Assembly: GCA_028702595.1 (NCBI GenBank)
Contig: JAQVON010000007.1
Location: 9,425-73,424 of the forward strand
Reading direction: 5' to 3'
Source: Mariniphaga sp.
Lineage (GTDB): Bacteria; Bacteroidota; Bacteroidia; Bacteroidales; Prolixibacteraceae
DNA: 64,000 bases
Both the position numbers and the translations under genes were made by a program. Positions 55,647 through 64,000 of the stretch are shown piece by piece. Each line of letters begins with the position of its first letter. The stretch's first letter is position 1. The notes beneath the pieces are model-generated. The model saw only the letters and a program-made list of their open reading frames with translations, did no database searches and was not told the DNA's origin.

Positions 55647-58247
55647 TTAATGGAGCACAACTTTTTTCATCAGGGTTTGATCATCAAAACTGAGCTGGAC
55701 CAGATAGATTCCTTTGGGCTGAGAACTTAAATCTAACTGGCCGAAAAAGCGTGGATCAGATTTTTCAAATTGCTTCTTCAAAATTTGTTTCCCTGATGCT
55801 GTGAAAACGGTTACCCATAAATTACCTGAGGAGGGGTGATTGTAATGAACATGTATTAATCCGTCTGAGGGATTGGGATAAATATTCAGTGCGGTTTCCA
55901 TCCCGTTATTTTTATCAGATGTGCCTAACGGATTCGTTAAAATTGAATCAGGTGACATCAGATATTTGGTTGGCTGGGTGACATCCAACAACACGGTCAC
56001 CTCACCTTCGCTGTTGGTTTCCACTTTAACTCCTGTTTTTTTGCCTTCACGCACCAGGTACCAGGTTTTATTCTGGAGAAGACCACCCAGTGTGACTTCC
56101 ACATTTTCAGGGTTTTTTGTTTCTGAGGAGGGACCTACAGCATAGCGTAAAGCTGTTTTTCCCTGTGAAATGTTTTCTATTCCAAAGTTTATTTTTTCAG
56201 TGGATGAGAAATAATTAACATCATCATGAGTCATCATGATCCCGTTTACAAGGGATGCCGAAGAAAACGATTTATCTTCATTTTCAAACAGTAGCAGGGT
56301 ATTACCGTTAAATGAAATTTTCCCGACCTCCGCCGGCTCATTTTCTGTTTTCCCAAATAAAGTGTATTCATTTTTCCCATCAACGACCACTTTTACCCCA
56401 AGTGCTTCTTCTGTATTTATATTTTCAGCAATTGCATTCAGATCGGATGCATTGGGCCATAATAGTATCATGTATCTGTTATTCTGCTGATTGGATAACC
56501 GGGCACGTAATATATTTCCAATATTATTGGTTGTGACTGACCAGTCGGCTTCTGCCGGGGAGAGTATTTTGGCCAACGCATTTGCATTTCCGTTGGTTAT
56601 GTTATATGTTTTTTCTCCTGCTGCTATCAGTTCGCCTTCTGTCTGCAGCCGCCATTCAAATGTCCTGCCTGTGTTTACCGAAGCTGCATCGTCATAAATA
56701 ACTATATAATTAGCTTTGTGGGAAACAAAGGTACGGTTCAGTTTTCTCATGCCGGGATAAACCCCTTTCATGTCGCCTGAAAATACAACCCTGTCGTTTA
56801 CTTCTGCAAATTCTTTTTGCCAGGCATACTGGTTTAATTTTTTGGGCTGGCTCCATGCTCCACCTCCTCCATATTGTGTAGCATCATCAACAATAAATGT
56901 ACTGTGCTGTGTGGTAATTTTATTCTTTTTTTCATAACCGTCGCCGGTAGTCAGAAAGCTTCCTTTGGAGAAAAGGAGGAATGTACCGGCATCGGGATCA
57001 TCGTGTGCCACATTCACATAATCAGTAAAATGGGAATAGGCTGTTCCCCGGGTTTCATTCAGGATATGTCCGCCCAACGGGCCACATTTGAAAGCTATTG
57101 CAGTTGCGTCAGGGTCCCAGCTGTTTCGGCAGATCACTATTCCTATATCTTCGAAATAGCGGTGTAGTGGAAGATCCTGGAAATTCTTTTTTTCAAGGTT
57201 GGGATCGATATAAATTGCAGGCCATTGCGCGAGAAAGAACGCCTCTGAATGTTTTTTTCTCAGATTAGAAGCCAGATATTGAATGTATGGATCCCCGGTG
57301 AGAGCAGCAATTTGAAACAGATAATTCGGACCACTGGCCGCTGCCGAATTGGCTGAATCGCCAAAACCGAATCCGGCAGAAAGATCAGGAGTGACATGAT
57401 AAATGTAATAATACCCCACATTCCGATAATGCTCACTACTGGCAGGATCCATCTCCGTACAATGCCTGAGCGCATGTATGCCGGGATAAAGCATTTGCCC
57501 GCCATAATTGGCATAATTCAATCCTTCATGATTGGATCCGTCGTGGGGTGAAACATGGAGGATCCGTTCCCACACTGTTTTTACATAATTGTATTCCGAT
57601 TGCATTTCCGGATATTTATCGATCAGGTTTATCGCGCAATACAAAGATGCCGTAGCCCTGAAATGCATGTGGTTGTTCTGGTAGTCGTTTGTCCAGTAAT
57701 CATTCAAATCATATCCGCGGATTCTGAACCGGGTCATACCCGTCTTCATCAGTTCTTCATAATTCGACCTTTCTGTAGAGTCGAGGTAATTGTACATGCA
57801 GTCGTACAATAGTGCAAATCCTGCAAGCTTATGTGCTACATCGAGGCCTACCGATGTTTCGGCCTGGATTGCTCCTTCCCAGTCTTCCTGGTAACAAGTG
57901 TTCAGCCAGCTTTTTCCTTTGGCAATCAGGGTTGCGTCTTTGGAAAGGCCAACACCAATTCCCATCCGGCTAAAATACCACCATTGCCGTTGACCAGGGA
58001 TGGAAGTTGTGGAAGGATAGCCAATATTTTTGCATTGATTCATCAAGGCATCCCATTCCTGCGGCAACTGTTGCTTCAGTTCCCTTGCACGGATCTCAGC
58101 TTCTTCTTCAGTGAATAAAATGCGCGGATGTTGTCCTTTCAGATGTGTGTGAATTTTAAATGCTTCCTGCGAAAAAACAGTTTTTTTTGGTATGAAAAAG
58201 AAGCATAAAAGCAAGGTTATCAGGTAGTAATTATGAATTCGTTTCAT
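55647..58247 (-). CDS. Heparinase II/III-like polysaccharide lyase with T9SS C-terminal sorting domain
   Basis: 866 aa with a signal peptide. It has an alpha/alpha toroid N-domain and a heparinase II/III block (VAHDDPDAGTFLLFSKGSFLTTGDGY). The C-terminal part LNIYPNPSDGLIHVHY...GIYLVQLSF...KKVVLH matches the T9SS CTD pattern. Confidence 0.75.
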   Translation of the reverse strand: MKRIHNYYLITLLLCFFFIPKKTVFSQEAFKIHTHLKGQHPRILFTEEEAEIRARELKQQLPQEWDALMNQCKNIGYPSTTSIPGQRQWWYFSRMGIGVGLSKDATLIAKGKSWLNTCYQEDWEGAIQAETSVGLDVAHKLAGFALLYDCMYNYLDSTERSNYEELMKTGMTRFRIRGYDLNDYWTNDYQNNHMHFRATASLYCAINLIDKYPEMQSEYNYVKTVWERILHVSPHDGSNHEGLNYANYGGQMLYPGIHALRHCTEMDPASSEHYRNVGYYYIYHVTPDLSAGFGFGDSANSAAASGPNYLFQIAALTGDPYIQYLASNLRKKHSEAFFLAQWPAIYIDPNLEKKNFQDLPLHRYFEDIGIVICRNSWDPDATAIAFKCGPLGGHILNETRGTAYSHFTDYVNVAHDDPDAGTFLLFSKGSFLTTGDGYEKKNKITTQHSTFIVDDATQYGGGGAWSQPKKLNQYAWQKEFAEVNDRVVFSGDMKGVYPGMRKLNRTFVSHKANYIVIYDDAASVNTGRTFEWRLQTEGELIAAGEKTYNITNGNANALAKILSPAEADWSVTTNNIGNILRARLSNQQNNRYMILLWPNASDLNAIAENINTEEALGVKVVVDGKNEYTLFGKTENEPAEVGKISFNGNTLLLFENEDKSFSSASLVNGIMMTHDDVNYFSSTEKINFGIENISQGKTALRYAVGPSSETKNPENVEVTLGGLLQNKTWYLVREGKKTGVKVETNSEGEVTVLLDVTQPTKYLMSPDSILTNPLGTSDKNNGMETALNIYPNPSDGLIHVHYNHPSSGNLWVTVFTASGKQILKKQFEKSDPRFFGQLDLSSQPKGIYLVQLSFDDQTLMKKVVLH

Positions 58248-58297
58248 GAGAAGAAAAATAAATTTAGTTAATGTATTAAAAAAATTATAAAATTGAA

Positions 58298-58341
58298 ATA
58301 GAATCAGGTTCTCAGGATTTACGGAGCTTCATTGATTCTAT
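58298..58341 (-). terminator. Inverted repeat downstream of the serine hydrolase gene (weak terminator candidate)
   Basis: ATAGAATCA (58298-58306) pairs with TGATTCTAT (58333-58341), 9 bp perfect, but the loop is 26 nt. It lies just past the stop at 58347 on the minus strand. Confidence 0.25.
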
Positions 58342-58346
58342 GTGTT

Positions 58347-59414
58347 TTATTGAGGTGTAAGACGTTTAAAGACGCCGTCATATAAATCGGTATCAATGAT
58401 TTCGTCTCCGCCTATTCGTACGATCACCATATTCCAGGCAGGGGCTATGAGGCAGATATTGTTTTTGTTTCCCTGGGCTGCAAAGGTTCCTTCGGGGGCA
58501 TGTGGCCACATTTGTGTTCCATCTGGTTTTTCTCCGTTTACCCACCAGTTCAGTCCGTAGTTCCCGGTAAGCAGCCCTGCATACCATGCCTTTGTATCGT
58601 AGGGAGGGATGACGGTTGAAACTCTGGGAGAAGTTGCATAGTGGATGTACTTCGTGCTAATCACCTGTTGGCCGTTCCAGTTTCCATTACAGCAATACAA
58701 CCATCCGAAACGTGCCATGGCTTCAGCTGTTATATAAACACCGCTTTCCGGCATTCCCGCACCTCCATTTAAGGTAATTCCGTTGACCTGACCCTTATCT
58801 TTCCATTCCATTTGTTCGGGGGTTATTCCGATAACCGAAGCTACCCGGCGTTCAAACAGACTGCCAAGAGACTCTTTGCCCGCCATTGTAAGCACACGGG
58901 CCAGCACATCCGACTGCCGGGAATAATGAAATGCTTCCCCGGGAGCATAATCCGGCTGAACCGGTTCAAAAACATCCTCTTTTTCATGATTATAGCCGCT
59001 TGTGAAAGTGGCCAGGTGTTCGATGGTCACATCAGGATAATGAACCTTCAGCTTGTCGAAATGTATTTGCGCTTTTGTATCCGGACTACACAGCCCGTCG
59101 TCCCATAAAAGCCCCAGACAGGTGCTCATGAACGACTTAGTACACGACCAAACCAGGTGCCTGCTTTTGATGTCATCGCCCTGCCAGATAATATACCCGT
59201 TTTTGATTACCATACTCCGGGAGGTGCCCAGGTCTCCGCAAACGGAATCGAGATAGGACATGGCTGTATCCAGTCTCTTCTTATCGATCCCCTGACTTTC
59301 AGGACTTGCAACCTGCCAGTCTTCCTGTGGAAAAACAATCATTTTTTCAGATGGCCTTTCACATCCATAGACGAGCAGAAAGAAAATGGTGAGGAAATAA
59401 CAGGTTCGTTTCAT
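58347..59414 (-). CDS. Serine hydrolase, beta-lactamase (class C/PBP4-like) family, lipoprotein
   Basis: 355 aa with signal ...LLVYGC and the SxxK motif in WSCTKSFMS. Confidence 0.8.
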   Translation of the reverse strand: MKRTCYFLTIFFLLVYGCERPSEKMIVFPQEDWQVASPESQGIDKKRLDTAMSYLDSVCGDLGTSRSMVIKNGYIIWQGDDIKSRHLVWSCTKSFMSTCLGLLWDDGLCSPDTKAQIHFDKLKVHYPDVTIEHLATFTSGYNHEKEDVFEPVQPDYAPGEAFHYSRQSDVLARVLTMAGKESLGSLFERRVASVIGITPEQMEWKDKGQVNGITLNGGAGMPESGVYITAEAMARFGWLYCCNGNWNGQQVISTKYIHYATSPRVSTVIPPYDTKAWYAGLLTGNYGLNWWVNGEKPDGTQMWPHAPEGTFAAQGNKNNICLIAPAWNMVIVRIGGDEIIDTDLYDGVFKRLTPQ

Positions 59415-59418
59415 TTTT

Positions 59419-60015
59419 TTAAAATTTTAGAAATGTAAAAACAAGTATTCCGAGAACAAAAACAACAATCAGAATTGGCCATCCGAATGTATATATTTTT
59501 CTTGACCGATACCACATGACTATACCGGTAACCGAAAAAAGAATCATCGAAAGAGCAGTAAGATCAAGTAAGATACCCCAAATAAAATAAAGCACTCCAC
59601 CCTGGAATCCATGAACCCGGTGAACACGTTTATTTATTTCATATAAAGTTTTCCTTTCAGTATGGGTGATGACCAGACTGTCCAGATCGTTGTTCATCAG
59701 AACATGTTGAACTATCCCGGGACGAATATAACGAAATGAAATATCTCCTTTTTTGTTTTTTGTGTAATCCATGCGCCCATTCAGATCAAATTCCCGTTTT
59801 AATTCCCTTCCCAGTTTTTTTAAATTGGTTGTATCAGGCACGAAATGTAATGGGAGATTTTGTGTGTGTTTTACATCCTCTCCAACCGTAAACCATTCGT
59901 GTTTGCTTGTAACAAAACCCGTGATAATATACATGAAGGAAAAAGTAAAAACCAGAATACTCGAAATAAAATGAATTTTACGATTTCGTTTATACCATTT
60001 CAACCGATTAACCAT
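59419..60015 (-). CDS. PepSY-associated TM helix protein (paralog B)
   Basis: The ORF track gives 59419..60069. I prefer ATG 60015 (MVNRLKWYKRNRKIHFISSILVF). The architecture is TM, ~100-aa soluble domain, then two TM helices, the same as the upstream paralog. Confidence 0.55.
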   Translation of the reverse strand: MVNRLKWYKRNRKIHFISSILVFTFSFMYIITGFVTSKHEWFTVGEDVKHTQNLPLHFVPDTTNLKKLGRELKREFDLNGRMDYTKNKKGDISFRYIRPGIVQHVLMNNDLDSLVITHTERKTLYEINKRVHRVHGFQGGVLYFIWGILLDLTALSMILFSVTGIVMWYRSRKIYTFGWPILIVVFVLGILVFTFLKF

Positions 60016-60602
60016 ATATATAAGATTAGTGATACCGAAAATATTCCAATAACAAGGATTGCCCCCCACTGTTTTTTGTTTTTTACTGATCTGTTCATCC
60101 AGAAAAAAATACTGGAGATTAAAGTCAGGAACCCAACTATTGTTGCCAGCTGGCCATAGAATGACCAGATATCGAGTAGCGTATAGCCCAACTTATTGCG
60201 GCTGCTTCCAAAATGCATGGCGCGGAGGACTTTCCCTGTGCTGTGAAAGATCTCTGTTACTTCTACCTGATCATCATTTCTGTTGAGTTTTACTTCAAAG
60301 GTACGTCCGGGTCGCAGGATTAAAAAACGAAACATTCCGGACTTGTTTTGTCTGAATTCCCATTTGGGCAGATGCCCGCTGATCCCCAATTCTGAACGAA
60401 TGAATTTTGAAAGTGAATCGGCTTGTAAGGATGCATCAAAACTTATCATTTTGGTGTAAGTGGCAGTTTTCGTATCTTTTTCAGGCAGGAACTGATGTTG
60501 AAAATTCAGTGCACTCAATCCCACGACCAAAAAAAACAAGGAACTGATCAGTCCGCCATAAATGTGAAGTTTGGATAAAAACTTCATTGTTTTTTTATTC
60601 AT
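60000..60602 (-). CDS. PepSY-associated TM helix protein (paralog A)
   Basis: 200 aa. The N-terminus MKFLSKLHIYGGLISSLFFLVVGLSALNF is the typical PepSY_TM start, followed by a soluble domain and two C-terminal TM helices. Its start overlaps the sulfatase stop by 8 nt. Confidence 0.6.
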   Translation of the reverse strand: MNKKTMKFLSKLHIYGGLISSLFFLVVGLSALNFQHQFLPEKDTKTATYTKMISFDASLQADSLSKFIRSELGISGHLPKWEFRQNKSGMFRFLILRPGRTFEVKLNRNDDQVEVTEIFHSTGKVLRAMHFGSSRNKLGYTLLDIWSFYGQLATIVGFLTLISSIFFWMNRSVKNKKQWGAILVIGIFSVSLILYIWLIG

Positions 60603-62352
60603 CTATTGCTATCCTGTTTTTAATTCTTAATCCATAAAATTCGCCAGCCTGTGGACCTGGGATCTCCAGAGCTTTGACTGTTATTGTATATGCCCCCTTT
60701 TGGAGGGATAAGCTTCCCCACGAGAAGTTTTCCCATTTCATCTCTGGTGAACGGCCCCGGTCTACCTGATCGCGATTTGGGTAAGGCTCCGGAACAAATG
60801 ATTCCTCCACCGTTTTTATGAGTGATTTTCTATTTGCCTGAACTTCAATTTTTATCCCTTCACAACCAGGTGGAATGAGGTACTGCAGGAAGAATTCATA
60901 CATTCCGTCATGAACCACCTGAACGTCCCAGGAGAAGCTATCGCTTGATGATTTCCAGTTTACAGCCCAGTCAAAGGCGTATCCAAACTGGTTTTTGAAC
61001 TTCAGGTTTCCATGCAGCTGAGCGCTGGTAACAGGCAAGTCAACAATAGGTTGTTCCGGATGCCCCAGCTCCTCCCGGAATGCTGACTTTTCAGGTTGCA
61101 CATCATTCAGCCAGGTTTGATACAACAGAAATAACTCATTCGTTTTTTCAGGATCTTGGTGTGCGATGTCTGATAACTGGGAAGGATCGGCAATCATGTC
61201 ATACAACGATTTTTTATTTTTATTGTCAACAGTCAACCTGAACCGGTTATCCCGCACTGTGCCTTTTCCCAGGAAATAAGAAAACAACGGGCGCCCGGGC
61301 CATTCTGCCAAGGGATCAAACAGAAGAGGTTTCAGTGATTTCCCGTCAATGATCAGCGAATCGGGTAAGGCAATGGAACACAGGTCAAGCACTGTGGGTA
61401 AAATATCAATATGATCTGCTAATTGAGAAACTCTATGTGGGCGTAACTTTCCAGTCCATCGAATCCAAAGCGGAACCCGGATTCCGCCTTCATCTACCTG
61501 GGCTTTTTTCCCCTTCATCCCCCCGTTAAACCTGTTTCCGTTTGGACCGTTATCTGTTAAAAACAGAATGATCGTATTTTTATCCAGATTCAGGTCTTTT
61601 ACTTTTCCCAATAGCTTTTGTACATTCTGATCCACTGATTCGCACATGGCATAAATGCCTGCATCATATTCGTTTAATCCTTTTTTCAGATATTTTTCAA
61701 ACAACTCGTCATGAACCTGAATGGGTGTATGCGGCACGTTATACGGGATGTAGCAGAAAAATGGTTTGTGCCTGTTGGCTTCTATAAAATCTATAGCTTT
61801 ATCGGTAAAGAGATCCGTCAGATAACCTTCTGTCTGCACTATACTGGTCTGATGCCTGAGCCTGGTATGAAAATAGTTGCGAATAATCCCTCCTGTGAAT
61901 CCCATGAATTCATCAAATCCCTGTCCTATAGGATCATATGGATAGTTAGCGCCGTTATGCCATTTCCCAAAGCATCCGGTAGTGTACCCATTTGATTTAA
62001 AAATTTCAGCCAGGGTCACCTCCTCGTCATTCATGGTTTCTTCACCACCGGTAACACCGGTAACTCCTGTGCGCAGGTAGTATCGGCCGGTGAGCAACGT
62101 TGCCCGGGTGGGAGCACAAACAGGAGAAACGTAAAAACGATCGAAAGAAACACTCTCGGCTGCAAAACTGTTTATAGCCGGCGTTTCAATGAGATTGTTT
62201 CCGGTAACCCCAAAATCACCATACCCCTGGTCGTCGGTCATGATGAGAATGACATTGGGCTTTCCTGGATTTGCACACAAATTTCCCGGCAAGTATAAAA
62301 TGCTTATTAAAAGAAGAAAAAGACGAAGTAATTGTTTCTTCATAACGTTCAT
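60595..62352 (-). CDS. Sulfatase (S1 family) with extra C-terminal beta-sandwich domain
   Basis: 585 aa with a signal peptide. It has NVILIMTDDQGYGDFG and the FGly motif CAPTRATLLTG. About 130 aa extend beyond the sulfatase fold. Confidence 0.9.
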   Translation of the reverse strand: MNVMKKQLLRLFLLLISILYLPGNLCANPGKPNVILIMTDDQGYGDFGVTGNNLIETPAINSFAAESVSFDRFYVSPVCAPTRATLLTGRYYLRTGVTGVTGGEETMNDEEVTLAEIFKSNGYTTGCFGKWHNGANYPYDPIGQGFDEFMGFTGGIIRNYFHTRLRHQTSIVQTEGYLTDLFTDKAIDFIEANRHKPFFCYIPYNVPHTPIQVHDELFEKYLKKGLNEYDAGIYAMCESVDQNVQKLLGKVKDLNLDKNTIILFLTDNGPNGNRFNGGMKGKKAQVDEGGIRVPLWIRWTGKLRPHRVSQLADHIDILPTVLDLCSIALPDSLIIDGKSLKPLLFDPLAEWPGRPLFSYFLGKGTVRDNRFRLTVDNKNKKSLYDMIADPSQLSDIAHQDPEKTNELFLLYQTWLNDVQPEKSAFREELGHPEQPIVDLPVTSAQLHGNLKFKNQFGYAFDWAVNWKSSSDSFSWDVQVVHDGMYEFFLQYLIPPGCEGIKIEVQANRKSLIKTVEESFVPEPYPNRDQVDRGRSPEMKWENFSWGSLSLQKGAYTITVKALEIPGPQAGEFYGLRIKNRIAIDE

Positions 62353-62546
62353 ACATTAAAAATTCAAATTAGCGAATAAAAATTTAAATACGATTACACT
62401 TGCGTTACACATTATTCAAAAATTGTTCAATGGTCTTTGCTGTTTAATAACATTTTTTTGGGTGGTTGTTATCAGTCGGTTGTTTCCGGGGATAAGGCTT
62501 ATCAGGTGATGAAGGAGATGATGACATTAATAATACAGGTTCAGGG

Positions 62547-62574
62547 AAAACCGGTTAGCCATGCTGCCGGTTTT
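62547..62574 (-). terminator. Hairpin immediately after the YdcF-family gene stop (weak terminator candidate)
   Basis: AAAACCGG (62547-62554) pairs with CCGGTTTT (62567-62574) around a 12-nt loop. It ends 3 nt from the stop codon at 62577-62579. Confidence 0.3.
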
Positions 62575-62576
62575 TT

Positions 62577-63299
62577 TTATATCCAGCCTCTCAGTTTGTA
62601 ATAGCCTAAAGCTATGATTTCACGGATGAATGAGATCTCATATTTCAAATGATTCCAAACCTGATAACGGATCTGGATGCTTTGGCCGACATCGGGAGCC
62701 GGTACTTTACGCCCACCCAGCTCATCGTCGTTAAAAGTCAGATCGGCCCGGATAGCGTTTTCAAAAGCCGGCAGGGCATGAACATGTCGAAATCCGGTTT
62801 TCTGGAAGCAGAGAACAGCCCGCCGGGTATGTTCTGGGGAAGTAATTAGCAGGACAGGGGCATCGATATCCAGTATCCGGGAACAGTATAACGCTTGTGA
62901 ACGGGTATTGGCTCCTTTGTTCTCAAAGAGGATACGGGATGGCTGGATTCCCCGGATTAAGAGCTCTTCTTTTACCAGATATGATGTGCTCATGCTATCG
63001 GTTATATTCCCTGGTATAGCAATGACAACTTTGGCTTCGGGAAAATTTTTGGCAGCCATACCCATATACCAGCTGCGTATCAAATTGCTTTCACTCGGCA
63101 TGCCACCTCCCCCCAGCATAATAATGGTTGCCGGAGAAATGGCCGGCTCTGTTTTGCTCATTCCCAGCCAGTAAATGCCCCAAAAAGGCAGGGTAGTGAA
63201 GGAAATAATGATGGCTGAAAGAAAGAATATACCCGACAATCCAAAAATAATTCGGAGTATCCTTAAAAAAAGAATATTTTTGATCCCGGAATTGCGCAT
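62577..63299 (-). CDS. YdcF/ElyC family (DUF218) protein
   Basis: 240 aa with an N-terminal TM helix. IIMLGGGGMPSESNL and LITSPEHTRRAVLCFQKTGF are the DUF218 blocks. Confidence 0.8.
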   Translation of the reverse strand: MRNSGIKNILFLRILRIIFGLSGIFFLSAIIISFTTLPFWGIYWLGMSKTEPAISPATIIMLGGGGMPSESNLIRSWYMGMAAKNFPEAKVVIAIPGNITDSMSTSYLVKEELLIRGIQPSRILFENKGANTRSQALYCSRILDIDAPVLLITSPEHTRRAVLCFQKTGFRHVHALPAFENAIRADLTFNDDELGGRKVPAPDVGQSIQIRYQVWNHLKYEISFIREIIALGYYKLRGWI

Positions 63300-63350
63300 G
63301 ATTCGAAAATAAAAGATAAAAATACGTTTAATCTTTCAACTTTCATAACA

Positions 63351-64000
63351 TTGAAAAACGAAGTAAAAAAAGAATTGATCCAATTGTTTGAACTCCATTT
63401 TCAGGAGGCAGCCAACAGGTTTTTCCTTTTGCCGGAATCCGGTTCCTATCGGGAATATTACAGGATTCATAGTGCAAATTATTCGGCTATAGGTGTTTAC
63501 AACACTGATGTGAAGGAAAATACAGCTTTCCTTTCTTTTACCAGTCATTTTCTGAAAAAAGGAATTCCTGTACCTGGAATATACGCGGTTAGCTCCGATC
63601 TGAAAAAGTATCTTATCGAAGACCTGGGAAATACTACTTTATTTAATTTTCTGTCGAAGAAGAGGGAGACTGAAGGGTTTTCTGAAAGCATTGTAGATCA
63701 GTATCGTAAAGTGTTAGCTTTTCTTCCCAAAATTCAAATTGTAGCCGGCAGGGATATCGATTATTCCGTTTGTTATCCCCGCGAAGCATTTGATAAGCAA
63801 TCGATGTTGTGGGACTTGAATTATTTCAAATATTATTTTTTAAAGCTGGCAAAAATTCCTTTTGATGAGCAGGCACTTGAGGATGATTTTCTGAAATTTA
63901 CCAACTACCTGTTATCTGCTCCTTCCGGTTATTTTTTGTACCGTGATTTTCAATCGCGGAATGTGATGTTGAAAGATGATTCGGTTTACTTTATCGATTA
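63351..64000 (+). CDS. Phosphotransferase (APH/choline-kinase-like; MurNAc/GlcNAc anomeric kinase-like), 5' part only
   Basis: This ORF is not in the ORF track because it runs off the window end. The frame is open from 63267 to 64000 and reads ...LPESGSYREYYRI...NTAFLSFTSHFLKKGIPVPGIY...LYRDFQSRNVMLKDDSVYFIDY, including the Brenner-type motif DFQSRN. There is no in-frame ATG or GTG, so TTG 63351 is the only canonical start. Confidence 0.65.
   Translation, partial: MKNEVKKELIQLFELHFQEAANRFFLLPESGSYREYYRIHSANYSAIGVYNTDVKENTAFLSFTSHFLKKGIPVPGIYAVSSDLKKYLIEDLGNTTLFNFLSKKRETEGFSESIVDQYRKVLAFLPKIQIVAGRDIDYSVCYPREAFDKQSMLWDLNYFKYYFLKLAKIPFDEQALEDDFLKFTNYLLSAPSGYFLYRDFQSRNVMLKDDSVYFID

Noticed and set aside
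63336-63548. A 70-aa minus-strand ORF lies in the last intergenic/edge region.
   Set aside because: It is antisense to a much longer open frame (63351 to the window end) that carries clear APH/kinase-family motifs.
1-64000. I looked for CRISPR arrays, tRNA/rRNA genes, integrases/transposases, toxin-antitoxin pairs and recognisable defence-system genes.
   Set aside because: There are no regularly spaced repeats other than the dispersed MITE. No cloverleaf-like or rRNA-like segments occur in the intergenic regions. No ORF has recombinase, transposase, nuclease-helicase or TA-like motifs. This check was made by eye only, so a tRNAscan/Infernal/defence-finder run would be the decisive test.

Overview
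This 64-kb chromosomal segment reads as Bacteroidota. Two proteins end in T9SS C-terminal sorting domains, many proteins have lipoprotein-type signal peptides, two TAnnTTTG -7 boxes are present, and Shine-Dalgarno sites are weak or absent. I call 47 protein-coding genes, including two that run off the window edges and one speculative 30-aa ORF. I saw no rRNA, tRNA or CRISPR array.

Layout:
(i) 1-23.8 kb is a mostly minus-strand glycan-degradation island. It holds a Tat-exported Gfo/Idh/MocA oxidoreductase, an SMP-30 lactonase-like propeller, a 7TM histidine kinase, a GH106-like enzyme, an S1 sulfatase, a CE15-like esterase, a GH30 fused to ankyrin repeats, a DUF1593-like protein, an SGNH hydrolase, a T9SS-secreted TIM-barrel hydrolase, a GH140-like enzyme and a GH2. 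No SusC/SusD pair is present.
(ii) 23.9-33.1 kb is a galactose/UDP-sugar cluster. A tight galM / acyl-CoA-ligase-like / glucuronokinase-like GHMP kinase / galU operon lies divergent from a GntR-LacI hybrid regulator, galK and an MFS sugar transporter.
(iii) 33-52 kb is mostly housekeeping: cstA, a sulfatase, WbqC, LapA, lepB, dapB, a HAD hydrolase, an M16 peptidase, a GT2, NlpC/P60, a PgpH-like 7TM-HD protein, an S41 peptidase and an Fe-ADH.
(iv) 52.6-64 kb holds a YdiJ-like FAD/Fe-S oxidoreductase and a second sulfated-glycan module (heparinase II/III-like lyase with T9SS CTD, serine hydrolase, two tandem PepSY-TM proteins, sulfatase), then YdcF and a partial APH-type kinase.

The main structure not explained by genes is a ~160-bp MITE-like element. 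It has five full copies and one end remnant, 11-bp perfect terminal inverted repeats and 3-bp T(A/T)A target-site duplications. It sits at gene boundaries and creates artefactual ORF extensions.

Other items worth follow-up are the GH30-ankyrin fusion, the kinase + pyrophosphorylase + AMP-ligase operon, and the PepSY pair inside a sulfatase operon. All family assignments come from reading motifs by eye; no database search was run.
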